Assembly: GCA_012295275.1 (NCBI GenBank)
Contig: CM022675.1
Span: 1,488,001 to 1,552,000 of the forward strand
Reading direction: 5' to 3'
DNA length: 64,000 bases
Source of the DNA: Chrysomallon squamiferum
Taxonomy: Eukaryota > Animalia > Mollusca
Shown: piece after piece, positions 13,762 to 27,179 of the stretch
How the letters are laid out: every line of letters starts with the position of its first letter
Numbering within the stretch: the stretch's first letter is position 1
Position numbers and translations under genes: made by a program
Notes under the pieces: model-generated
Told to the model about the DNA's origin: nothing
Database searches by the model: none
The model's input: the letters and a program-made list of their open reading frames with translations, nothing else

Positions 13762-14393
13762 ATGTGTTTTTGTGTGTGTGTATAAGTGCATGTATGAGAG
13801 AAAGAGAGAGACAGATTGTTATGCTCATAAACATTTTTGTATGTATGTACATATGAAAGTATGTATGTATATACGTATGTATGTATGTGTATGTATATAT
13901 ATATGTATTTATTTTTGTATGTACATATATGTATTTATGCATGTGTATGTATATATGTATATTTTTTTGAGTTTGTATGTATATATTTATGTATGTGTAT
14001 ATTATGTACATATGTATGTATGTATGTATGTATGTGTTTTTGTATATACAAGTACAGGAATCTTAGGAAATATCAGATTCCTGCAGTTAAACCTGTGAGT
14101 GTTGAAACATTTGGATTCTTGTTCAGTGCAGAAAGTCCACTGGGAAATCTGAGAGTTTTGGCTAAATGATTTGAAATCCCCGGATTACTGTTAAACATTT
14201 GATAGCTTGTTACTTTTGCGCTTACGTCCTTCGACCAGATTGGAGTTACCTCCCCTGAGACCAGGCCTGTGAACAGTTTGAGTCGTGTAGTTAAACTCGC
14301 GACTCTCTAAAGGAATAATTTCCTTTTCCTGCTTCTTCGTAAAACTGTCTCCAGCGATCTGGTTCCGAGATAAATAATTAATTAACTGGGACA

Positions 14394-15229
14394 GCGACTC
14401 GCGTGTGTGTTTTAACTGTGAGATACAGACGTAGATACACCAGTGACTCGCGTGTGTGTTTTAACTCTGAAATACAGGCGTAGATACACCAGTGACTCGT
14501 ATGTGTGTTTTAACTGTGAGATACAGGCGTAGATACACCAGTGACTCGTGTGTGTGTTTTAACTGTGAGATACAGACGTAGATACACCAGTGACTCGGGT
14601 GTGTGTTTTAACTGTGAGATACAGACGTAGATACACCAGTGACTCGTGTGTGTGTTTTAACTCTGAGATACAGGCGTAGATACACCAGTGACACGGGTGT
14701 GTGTTTTAACTGTGAGATACAGGCGTAGATACACCAGTGACTCGTATGTGTGTTTTAACTCTGAGATACAGGCGTAGATACACCAGTGACACGGGTGTGT
14801 GATTTAACTCTCAGATACAGGCGTAGATACACCAGTGACACGGGTGTGTGTTTTAACTGTGAGATACAGACGTAGATACACCAGTGACTCGTGTGTGTGT
14901 TTTAACTGTGAGATACAGGCGTAGATACACCAGTGACTCGTATGTGTGTTTTAACTGTGAGATACAGACGTAGATACACCAGTGACTCGTGTGTGTGTTT
15001 TAACTGTGAGATACAGACGTAGATACACCAGTGACTCGTGTGTGTGTTTTAACTGTGAGATACAGACGTAGATACACCAGTGACTCGTGTGTGTGTTTTA
15101 ACTGTGAGATACAGACGTAGATACACCAGTGACTCGTGTGTGTGTTTTAACTGTGAGATACAGACGTAGATACACCAGTGACTCGTGTGTGTGTTTTAAC
15201 TGTGAGATACAGACGTTGATACACCAGTG
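14394..15229. repeat. 49-bp minisatellite, 17 copies
   Basis: Unit GTGACTCGTGTGTGTGTTTTAACTGTGAGATACAGACGTAGATACACCA, head-to-tail, few variant positions, no spacers. Confidence 0.95.
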
Positions 15230-15919
15230 GATATCACATTTATTATCATGACTCGTAATGTTATATATTTATTTAATTCTGAGATGATAAATCTGATGAA
15301 AGTTAAATGAAGAAATGGACAATTGTTTATTGAATTCTTAAATAAGATATGATTTTTTGTTAAAATATCAGCAGTTCTCTGATTGATGTATTTTCAGTCA
15401 CAGCCAGAGCACCAGAACAGTTTATTAAATGTAACGATATTGTTACCTGTCTGTGGGAAGGTATATATAATAAACGATATTTTGCTGTTTTCTCGTAAAA
15501 GAATAGCTCATGGTGTATATAGCTTTCCGTTTTGTTTTAAATAGTATATCTTACTTCCTTTATAACACACAGACATATATTCACTTTTACACTCTAAATA
15601 ATGTGTGTCTGTCTGTATGTGCCAACACACACATACATACACATACAGAAACCCAGAGACCCAAATATGCATCACATGCATATACACATATACACATACA
15701 TACACATATACTCACACAGACACATACACACATAGATACACATACACATATGCTCAGAAAAATACAAACGCATAATACATAGATACACATGCATACACAG
15801 AGACACACACACATACACACATACATATATAAACACAAATACATGTACACACATAAACACACAGACACATACACACGTAGTAACATATATACACCCACAC
15901 ACATATACACACAACACAC

Positions 15920-15976
<57 letters not shown>

Positions 15977-16645
15977 CATACAAACACACATACAGACACA
16001 TACCCACACACTACAGTTTTCAAACAGACATGTTCTAGGATCATGTCCCAGTAATCACTGAGATCTCACCTAACTGAACATCCACAAAAACACAAAACTA
16101 ATACATCATCTGTATTTTGTTAGTCTGTAATCATAGAAAACTAATTTTAAAACTGATAGAAATAAAAGTCACTGAGATTAATCTGTGTCAGGTTGAAAAA
16201 TGGTGACAGATGTTTCACTCAAAATTTCTTATTTGACTTTATCTACGCTAACCTATTTTTATAGTGGACATTTTAGCAAAGCACAAAATTACTAGTAGAT
16301 GAAATCTGTCTGTGCTCCACCCAGCACTCACAGTCCACGTCTAAAACTAGACAAAACTACTTCAGCCTTTTTCATTTTTTTGTTAAATTGTTTTTAAACT
16401 TCACTTTTCTCTCTCAGATTCTTTTCACACAAAACAGATGTGGATGAAAGAACTGACACACCTTTTCTAAACTTTTCTCTCCAAAGAAATCAAACAAATA
16501 TGACGAGTTGATAGATGTACTCAAGAATTAACTTATTACTCTGTGTAGTGCACACACCACTTATCTGAAAATACAACTTCACTTCATCATCCTAGCTCCT
16601 GCAGAGAAAGAATCCATATCAGACAGGGCTTTTTTTATTTTTTTT

Positions 16646-16692
<47 letters not shown>

Positions 16693-17512
16693 AAAAAAAT
16701 TTCACGTTATAGTCAAATATGAAAATAGAGATGTCATTTAATTTAGCATTCTGAAACATGTTTAGAATCTATCAATCTTTTGCTTTGCTGTTTTTCAAAA
16801 GGACTGTATGTGTGATATTATACAGATATTTTTTTCTCTTATCTAACAAAAGTGCAACAAGAATAACAAAAACAGTCATAAGTACTTTTGTAAATATATT
16901 CATTTCAAAAAGTTATACAAAAGAATACTGAAAATATGAAACAGAGAATAAGTTACACTGCAGTGACACAAACAAGTTAAGTTACATTATTGTTTAACAT
17001 AATATATCCAGAACTGTCATATGTAGCAGTCCACTTGTTAATAAAGAATAAAACATGTTAATAGTAGTATGTATCAGTCTAGTTGTATACAAATATTGTG
17101 AACAGTGTATATACCAGTCTAAGTGAAAATAATAGCTTGTTAACATTGTTATGTACCAGTCTAGCTGTAAACAAATCATGTTAACAACGTTAAGTACCAG
17201 TCTAGCTGTAAACAACTCTTCTTAACAGCATCATGTACCAGTCTAGTTTGAAACAAATCTTGATATCAGATGAAACATCCATATTAACACCAATGTAAAT
17301 ACTTTTACTGATATTTTAAAAATAAAATGTTAATTCTATCAGGTTTCACAGTTTATTAGAAAAGAACATTGCTAATTTCAGAAATTATTAAAACTTCATT
17401 ATAATACTGCTGTATTAAAGCCGCTGTTTTAATGGAGTTTTTTCCCGAATTGTAAAGTTCTGAAACAAAAAATAATAAAAAAAAATTAAAATAAACAAAT
17501 AAAGTAAATAAA

Positions 17513-17543
<31 letters not shown>

Positions 17544-19482
17544 TAATAATAATAATCAAAATTAATAATAATAATAAAATAATAATAATTATAATAATAA
17601 TAATAAAAAATAATAATAATAATAAAATAATAATAATTATAATACTAATAATACTAATACTACTACTACTAATAATAATAATAATAATTTGTTGTTTTCA
17701 TATGCGCTACCTATAAAATATAAAAGTGCAGGCTGGCATAAAAATATCTTATTCTGATGTATATATTTGATGCACTGTATATCTAAGAAAATACTAATAA
17801 GAACAAAACCAAATTTTTTAAAACATTTCTAAAAATTCTAAAATACATTGTTAATTAATACTACACAGTAAAATAAAAAAATTAAAAAAAATTATAATAC
17901 AAAAATAAATCTACTAGACAATTGTGTTGTAATTGCTATATTTCTTACTTCTCATCAGTTTCATATTCAAATACTGTGAAGAAAACTGGTATGTAATATC
18001 TTGTTCATGTAAAAATGTGATGCAGGCTACATTTAAATATAAAAGTTATATCTAGTTTAAGTAGACAGGTGACAAGCAGGATGTGATAGTTGACTTAGCA
18101 GAACTTGGATGACAAATGTTGAGAATTTCCTGATATGAAAACTAATAATACTTCAACTAAAAAAGTATAGTTATTTTATTTTTGTTATTAAATAACTAAA
18201 CTGGATATTTTTCCTCTGATTTATTCATTTATTTAATTTCATTATTTAGCATTATAATAAATATACATTTTAATTTATTTTCTTATCATAATTTTATTTT
18301 TTAGTTTTCTTAACAATTACTGGCTTACATTTTGATTTTTCTCAACATCACAGAAGGAAATATGTATTTATTCTTTGTATGTTTGTTTTATATTTTATTT
18401 ATTTTAAATCTATTTTATCTATAACAATCATATAAAATAATGGACATACACACAGATATATATATCAACATACAACATACTGATCGTCATGCATAACTTG
18501 ATATAGTATCATGCTGATGATAATAATAAACCATACATACATTATACATGCAAATCATAATTAAAAGAAATATACATTTAAAGAATGGACATGCAGCATT
18601 TTACAAATATTCAAATTTGCATTTAACATTTTATATCATACAGTTCAATGAAAAATATGCAGTTTCTGAAAACCCTGCCTATAATTATAATTGAGTGTAA
18701 ATTTAAAAGAAATTGTAAAAGAAAACATTTAAAATAATAGATATAAATGAATGATATAGTTTTATTGCATGCCTGCATATTGGTATAATTTGTAGAGTTT
18801 GTAAAATTGGCTATTTTATGATTGTAGTCACATCATATCCTGACACAAAATACAAAAAAAAAATAATCTGCATCATCGTTATCTCACAAAATGAAAAAGA
18901 AAACAAAAAACAAACCCCCATATATTTATAGTTTTTCAAAGTTTTTTATTGTTAATATATCAAAAATGAAATTCTAAAATGTATGACAAAACTTATAGAT
19001 CAACGATCAGTGAGTATCCAGTTTTATTATTCAGTTTGAATATTGATGTCACCACAAAAGAGAATATGTCAGGTGCCACTGATTGTTTTCAAGTTTGTTA
19101 TTTTATAATTATATTTTGTTGTTAGCAAAACTAAGTAAAAAACAATCTGAAATCATAGAAAATATACTGAGATAATTTAATTGTACAGATATATACTGGA
19201 ATCAGCTTCTTCAGTTTGTGTACACTTGGTAACTTGCTGAAATAATCTGAACAAATTATATAAGTTTTATTATTGTAAGCTTCGAAGCTGACACTGTGTA
19301 CTGTTACAACAGTTATATCAAAGATTTAAAAGAGAAACAGTTTCTTGATACAACAGAGTTACAACAATCAGTGATAAACAAATGTGGAATGCTCTTCATC
19401 TTTGGCTTATGTTATCTGCACGAAAAAAACTGCTGTGTTTGAAACTGTGTAACACTCCAGACACTAAAATCCATCATTCACC

Positions 19483-19722
19483 CAGTTTGTTAAAATGTTG
19501 TAAATTTACATTAGTTTCATCAGTTCTACAGGTTGTTAAAATGTTGTAAATAACATTAGCTTTATCAGTTCTACAGGTTGTTAAAATGTTGTAAAATTAC
19601 ATTAGCTTCATCAGTTCTACAGTTTGTTAAAATGTAAAATTACATTAGCTTTATCAGTTCTACAGTTTGTTAAAATGTTGTAAAATTACATTAGCTTCAT
19701 CAGTTCTAAAGTTTGTTAAAAT
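19483..19722. repeat. ~46-bp tandem repeat, about 5 copies (about 6 at 53809-54095)
   Basis: CAGTTTGTTAAAATGTTGTAAAATTACATTAGCTTCATCAGTTCTA repeated. Confidence 0.85.
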
Positions 19723-20238
19723 ATTCTGATGTTACATTATAAGAAAAAAAAAAAACATACTGTTTCTGTTATCTGCTGAAAAATATTATTAAATAAAATT
19801 CCTTATTAGTATCCAAGTATTATACCAATTAATAATAATGCTTTTTAGTTGAAATGCTCTACTATGACATTCCATTAACTAGATGTAACAATTTTTGTTA
19901 AAAACATAATGTAACCATAAGATTTGAAACATAATATAAATGTCCTCATATCTGAAACATTGCATTAATTAATATCAAAATTGCAAATGCCACAATTTTT
20001 TTTATCAATAGTCTGAACATAAAATTATCATTTTGTGTTGAAACATTAGAAATAGTAATCATTTCTGTTTTGACATTACAGAAAACTTGTTTTTCAAAGT
20101 GTTACTTTAAGTGAGTTCAGTTGAAAGATCAAACAAAGTAAGATCTTCTGATCTAGACACATCTTTTTAATTTAATGCTGTTCTGAGTAGAACTGACCTG
20201 AAATGAAACTGAAGCAAAACTGACCAATGGTCAGTCAG

Positions 20239-20416
20239 TCATTTAGAAAATATATCTTTGTAGTTGAGAAGCATCAGTTCTATGACTTTCTGTTCAAACT
20301 TGGCAGACATCAGACTGATCATGGGGTCTGTTTCAAGCGGCCTCATCAACGTCGGCGCAAAGATGATAGCCAGGTTCTCAGCACTCATCATCGTCTTGTC
20401 CTTCATCTCCGCAACT
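20239..20416 (-). pseudogene. Orphan terminal coding exon of a RhoGAP-domain gene, chimaerin-like (copy 1)
   Basis: TTTCAG acceptor then (R)VAEMKDKTMMSAENLAIIFAPTLMRPLETDPMISLMSAKFEQKVIELMLLNYKDIFSK*, with the RhoGAP M-x-x-x-NLAI-x-F-x-PTL motif. No upstream exons recognised in the window, so gene versus fragment status is uncertain. Confidence 0.65.
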
Positions 20417-20750
20417 CTGAAACACAACATTTCAACTCTGAAACACAACATTTCAACATTCTAACTCTGAAACACAACATTTTAACTCTGAAACACAACA
20501 TTTCAACATTCTAACTCTGAAACACAACATTTCGACATTCTAACTCTGAAACACAACATTTCAACATTTTGTTTTTAACTCTGAAACAACATTTCAACAT
20601 TTTGTTTTTAACTCTTAAATGCACAACATTTCATTTCTAACTCTGAAACACACAGCATTTAAACATTTCATTTTTTACCCTGAAACACAACATTCCAATA
20701 TTCAATTGTTAACTCTGAAACAGTACAGTTCAACATTTCTGTTTTAACTA
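20412..20750. repeat. 21-32 bp degenerate minisatellite containing repeated splice-acceptor motif (second copy 54780-55075)
   Basis: AACTCTGAAACACAACATTTC repeated about 10 times; on minus each unit contains TGTTTCAG|AGTT. Confidence 0.8.
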
Positions 20751-21824
20751 TCAAACAAAATAATTCATCTGCAATTATGTGTTACATTAACACTAGTAAT
20801 ATCAAGAATAGTGGGTTTCGTATATACATTTTCAAAAACTGTATCTTAATATTACAACAATAAAGAATCTTGTAATCAGTAAATAAAAAATAGCTGCCAG
20901 CGAATACTACAAGTACGTAAAAACTAAATTGCGATCCGTAGCTTAGTACATAAGTTACGACCAACTTCCTAAGTTAAAGAAACACCTATCTCTGAGAACA
21001 TTTTCCACCTCTTGAACGAGGATGTATTAGGGTATAGCTAAGGGCCTACTACGTAAGATAGAAAAACAACAACATGGTTTACCGTCAATATATATATATA
21101 TATATATAGATATAGATATTATGTTATTATTAGAACTTGAACTAGTATTAGTATTACCATTAGTTTTTTATTTCTTCGTTTCAATTTATTTTATTTTATT
21201 TATATATGTTTTGTGTTTTAAGACAGAAGCAGAAGATACTTTACAGTTATACTTTTAACTGTGTTTACGAAAATATTAACACAGGAGACTAAAACATCCT
21301 GCTAAGATTGCCTAAACTCATCCAGGTGTTACGAGAGTAAGTCTTCTGTTTGTGCTTAGATAATAAATAATACATCGATTCTTGTAGCTTTTGTTAGAGT
21401 CACACAAACAGTTTTAGCTCGAGACATCTCACATCTACTGCTCTACGGACAGGGTTCAGTGGTTGTGTATGCCTTGCTATTTGTTCGTTATTTTTACTGC
21501 AACAATTGTTTCGAATACTACAGCTACCACTAATCCTACTCCTACAATTTGTCATACTGCCAGTACTATGACTACCTAATAATTATAATACTAAAATGAC
21601 GATTTCAACTCCTAATACTTTTACCAGTAGTACTAAAATAACCAGCAATGCTACAAATATAACTGATACTAATACTGTTGTGACTAATATGTCTATTGCT
21701 ACCAGAACAGCAACTACTATTACTATTACCACTAATAACTCTACTACTACTACCTCTAATGGTACTAATATTGCTACTGTATATTTGATGTTATTTACCA
21801 AAAGTGTTAATTTTAAAGTTAAAA

Positions 21825-21904
<80 letters not shown>

Positions 21905-23907
21905 TAATTTATAATGAAGAAAATAATAATAATAATAATAATATTGTTATCACATAATATACGTTCTACACAGATTGTGAGAGCTTTCAGACACTGCATT
22001 GAATAACTTTCAAAATAAATTACGACTTTGAATTAAGCTTCATATTGTATGCCTCTGATTTCTATAGAGTAAAAAAGAAATGCTTTGAGATAGATATTAT
22101 CTCTACGGGTGTTAGGATGGTACACGGAGTTGTATCTGCAGGTCAATTAAGAATATACCAATCAATCAAAAGTTAGTTATTATATATATATCTCTCAGCC
22201 AGTGATCTCTATTACTATTTGATTTATCTAACGAAAGCATCTTAAATAGGTATTAAAATATGTATTCGTCCTCGTAGCTGCATTATCCAAATATTTACTT
22301 ATAGTTTTTGTTTTGTTTATTCCTAACATATATATATTAACAATGTGCAGAGTGTCGTCTTAAAATGCAGCTTAGGGTTTTATTTTTAAAGCTCGCAGTG
22401 ACATTCTATACTTGACTATTTTACTACTGAATTAGTCAGACCTCACAAACCTCATACGATGTCGCTGACGAGACACGAACGTATGGCGCCCATTCTCCCG
22501 CACTCCGAAGGCGGACGACATTACCGTTCCGCCATCAAGACAAACTTAAAAGGTGTAACCTGAGTGACTCTATTAATAAGCAAAAACAAAAAGAAAAGAA
22601 GGGAAAAAAAGACGTCTGTTTTCACGCCTGTCTGATCATCTTGACATTGTATAAAAATTCCGAGCTATTTCTGCACAGATTGTGAGAGCTTTCAGAGACT
22701 GCACTGAGAGACTTTCAAAATAAATTACGATGTTAACTTAGGCTTGATATTACAAAAAAAAAAAAACTAAGACAGATATTATATCTGTAGGTGTTAGCGT
22801 GTGACACGAAATTGTATTTTCAGATGAATGTGTCTACACTATTCAAAATGAAAATGTGTTTGTTTTTAAAAATATCTATCAGCCATTAGTATTTGCTATA
22901 TTTTTATTACTGTGACGAGGGTAGCTTAATATAGTATAAAATATAGATATACGTTTCTGCAGATGCATCATTCAAGATATTTATTTAAATTCTTTTTTTA
23001 ACATGTTTATTCTCATGTCTAACAAATGAGAATTATTATTGTAAACAATTTTAACACACAGACGTACATAAATCATATTTTAACTTTTTTTAATATTTTT
23101 ACTTATTTATCTCATTTTATTATTATTTGAATTATTATTGTGTGTAGGCATATATATACACAAACACACATACACACGGACACATACACAAGAATATATA
23201 AACTATATCCATCTATGTCAGAATCGTGTTGTACAAACTCATTTCTCCATATTGTTCATACCATTTCTGAGAAATATCTATTTGTCGATTTTGTTATTTA
23301 TCAATACCTTTCTCTATCTATCTCTATGTATCTATGTATCTATATATATGTGTGTATTTATCTATCTATCTATCTCCTGTCTGCCTATCTATCTATTTAC
23401 CTATCTATCCATGTAATTTACTTATTCCTGTATTTTATTTTATTCTTGCTTTTGTCCACTGATCTAAAATCAAATTTTCTGTCCATATGAATAATTGAAT
23501 ATAGGGGAAAAAGTCAAAGGAATGAAAGTCACAATTTTTCATTAAGAAATACCTTAGCAAGACACAAGCTTTACGGTAGTCATTGTATTAAAACTTTAAA
23601 AGAAATTCTGTCACAGTCTTGTGGTCCTCAAAGCGATCGACATATAATAATGCAGATTATTTATAATTCTACTGAAGCTGTCTATGATTTACCAATGTAT
23701 CCACTGTCTTGTTTATCATATTTATATAAGAAAAACATAGAGTGAACCAGAATTGATTGGAAATCAGTCGTTTATCAATATATCTTCAACTTTTCTGTTA
23801 TGAAATTATTTATTTATTTATTTATTTACTTATTTGTTCATCCTACTGCGTGGTATGTTTATCTTTTTTTTTTTTAAATTTTATTTAATTATTTAAAAAA
23901 AAAAAAA

Positions 23908-23970
<63 letters not shown>

Positions 23971-24094
23971 TTCGGGATAAATGCCGCTGAAACGTTTCAC
24001 GTGAAAATTTAATGGATTTAAAAAAAATATAATAATTAAGAAATGAGAAAACTGATTTTGTATCTCTGTGACTAAGATAACAAACCTCTACAAA

Positions 24095-24450
24095 TACATG
24101 TAACACATCAGTGCTTATGTAGACTGGTACTCTCACAAAAGTTACTCTATTCCTTCACTTGTCACGCATCAACAAACATTAAAACACGTGTAATACATCA
24201 CTGCACATCTAGACTGGTACTCTCACAAAAGTTACTCTATTCCTTCACTTGTCACGCATCAACAAACACTAAAACACGTGTAATACATCACTGCACATCT
24301 AGACTGGTACTCTCACAAAAGTTACTCTATTCCTTCACTTGTCACGCATCAACAAACATTAAAACACGTGTAATACATCACTGCACCTCTAGACTGGTAC
24401 TCTCACAAAAGTTACTCTATTCCTTCACTTGTCACGCATGAACACACAGA
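24095..24450. repeat. 90-bp tandem repeat, about 4 copies (3 copies at 58565-58840)
   Basis: AGACTGGTACTCTCACAAAAGTTACTC at 24121, 24211, 24301, 24391. Confidence 0.9.
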
Positions 24451-24739
24451 CGTTTAAGTGTTTCTGAGTCAATCTGAGTCGCCGAAACAGTATTTATTAT
24501 GGTGTACTGATACTCATTTGTGTGGTCATTTAAACACAGAAACACACATTCACAGTCTTAATCGATCAAACATAAATACAAATATACTCACATAAACCAC
24601 ACACGTATGTATCAACAGACAACTAACCACTCGTACGCATAGCTGCATGCGTAAAGAAGCATCCATTATCGAAAACACACAAACGCACGCATACACAAAA
24701 ATACACAAACATACGCATATATATGTATATATATGTGTG

Positions 24740-24796
<57 letters not shown>

Positions 24797-24835
24797 GTGT
24801 GTATATATATGTGTGTGTGTGTATATATATATATA

Positions 24836-24868
<33 letters not shown>

Positions 24869-25367
24869 GTGTGTGTCTGTGTATATATATAATGCATACA
24901 CCCATATATACTCACACGCAGATTCATACATACAAACATACATACATATACCTTTATTGTGTATGTAATATTATTTTTATTATAAGTATAAAAGTGTAAA
25001 CACTTTTAGTTTTATTTTACGTGTAAAGCTATGTCAGTATTATGTCAGGAGTTATATATAATACGACTTCGCTTTTTATGCCATTCACATCGAAATGTAT
25101 GCACGAAAACAAAAAAGAGTTAATGGAAAATCAATGTGCTGTATATTACACAGTAACTGTCAGTTTTGTTGATGTTAATACTCTGTAGAAAATAAATAAA
25201 GTGTGTATGTTTTTTTGTTTTTGTTGTTTTTTTTCTTCTTTTTAAGTTCTTCGTTTTTTTTTTTTTTTTTTTTTTTTTCTTTTTTACTTTGTGTGGACAT
25301 TAGCAGCATGTCGAAGTCAAATTCGAGTCGTTATATATGCAAATTTATCATTCTTCTTCTTCGTCTT

Positions 25368-25447
<80 letters not shown>

Positions 25448-26946
25448 GTATTTCGTATTAAAACGAAACATTAATAGTTATAGTGAAAACAAAAGAATTA
25501 CAAAAATTTACACGGACAGATATATTGACTGGAAGCTAAAAGCAGAGAAAAAAGTGCGTTAACACTAACAAAATATCATACAAGTAAATACATAGCAAAT
25601 AGAAAAATAACTAATTAAACTATCAAATTATACGAAACGACAATAAGGTAGAGAAAAACACATTTGAAGGGAGAAACAGAATGAGAAAAAGTGCGTTAAC
25701 CCTAACAAAATATCATACAAGTAAATACATAGCAAATACAAAAATAACTAATTAAAATATCAAATTATACGAAACGACAATGAGGTAGAGAAACAAACAT
25801 ATGTAGGGAGAAACAGAACGAGAACTGTGTAAGTGAGGACAAAGCTTCTTTTCTGAGTGTCACAAGAAACAAGGTAGGTTCACGTAAACATTTCAGTGAA
25901 TATGTTTGTACGCATTTGAATGTTTTACTCCTACTACTACTACTACTACTACTGCTACTACTACTACTACTACTACTAATAATAATAATAATAGTAACAA
26001 TAACAATAATAATAATAATACTAATATTATTATTTATATACATTCTGTTATTACTTCTACTACTACTACTACTATTACGATTGATTCTAACACTAATGCT
26101 AATTCTAATACTCATTTAGGTCTGTCAATATATGATAATAACTGTTTGTATAAAAAGCATTTTCTATATGTTTTCTTTCTTAAAGTAGAGAATAATTAAT
26201 CATAAATCAAACTGAAATACATTGAAATCTGCATCCGCGGACATATCTGTAATACTTTATCTTGAGACTGTCCTCCACAATGTCTTTCATTATACGTGTA
26301 AAGTCTGTGTCACAGTCTTTATTTCTAACTGGTCTTCTAAGTCCTTGTTTAGTCATGTATGACTATATCCAGTAGTGCTAGCTCTAGTAGTTGTAGTAGG
26401 AGTAGAAGTAATGACAGCAGCATTCATAGATGTAGTAGGTATAACAGCAAAAATAGTAGTTGTAATAAATGTATTAATAACAGAAGTAATAGAAGATAAA
26501 GTGTTATCATTATTAGTTGTAGTAGTAGTAATATTAGTAGTAGTAGTAGTAGTAGCAGTAGAAAGAGTAGTATCAGCAATAGTAGTAGTGGTAGTAGTAG
26601 TAACATTAGTAGTAATAGTAGTAGTAGTTGTAGTAGTAGTAGTAGTAGCATTTTATTTATTTATTTATTTATTTGTTTGTTTATTTGTTTAGAGACACGC
26701 CCCATGTGAACGGCATTATATATCGTGATCTTGGAGTTGTGTTGAAATCATTTAGCTTGTATGAGGTCTGTCGCCCATGTATATTATACATGCAATTTTG
26801 TGTAAGATTTCCGTACATTATACGTAAAATGGTGCGTAATACCTCGGTTCTTGTACCTTTTATTCTACGAACAGAAACAGGCTATCCTCGACACGTCGCC
26901 AGTCGTTACCTCTATCATTAAGATTGTATTACTATACATACATGCA

Positions 26947-27179
26947 TAGTAGATAAATGTTTTAAACTGACACTTATCGATCTACAAACTAGGAATATGA
27001 TGACATTTGGTGATTGAAACGTACAGCTTTTGTTACAGTCGCCAAAAAGCAGATAACACCTGCAAAAATGCAATGTTGTCCAATACTTCTGTTCGTTATT
27101 TTTGTTCTGACCCAACATCAAACAAATGTCATGACAGAGTCAACCGCAACGAAACAACGCCATCGGCCGTTTACAAGCT
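26947..27179 (+). mobile_element. Second, shorter fragment of the same Tc1-like element
   Basis: Essentially identical to 32363-32595; ends at ...CGGCCGTTTACAAGCT. Confidence 0.8.

Noticed and set aside
14394-15229. Regular repeat array resembling CRISPR
   Set aside because: Units are contiguous with no unique spacers, there are no cas genes, and the context is eukaryotic with spliceosomal introns.
21596-21829. Thr/Asn-rich mucin-like ORF (also 46537-46770)
   Set aside because: Degenerate ACT repeat inside the duplicon; the copy near 55918 is frameshifted, and no signal peptide or exon context was found.
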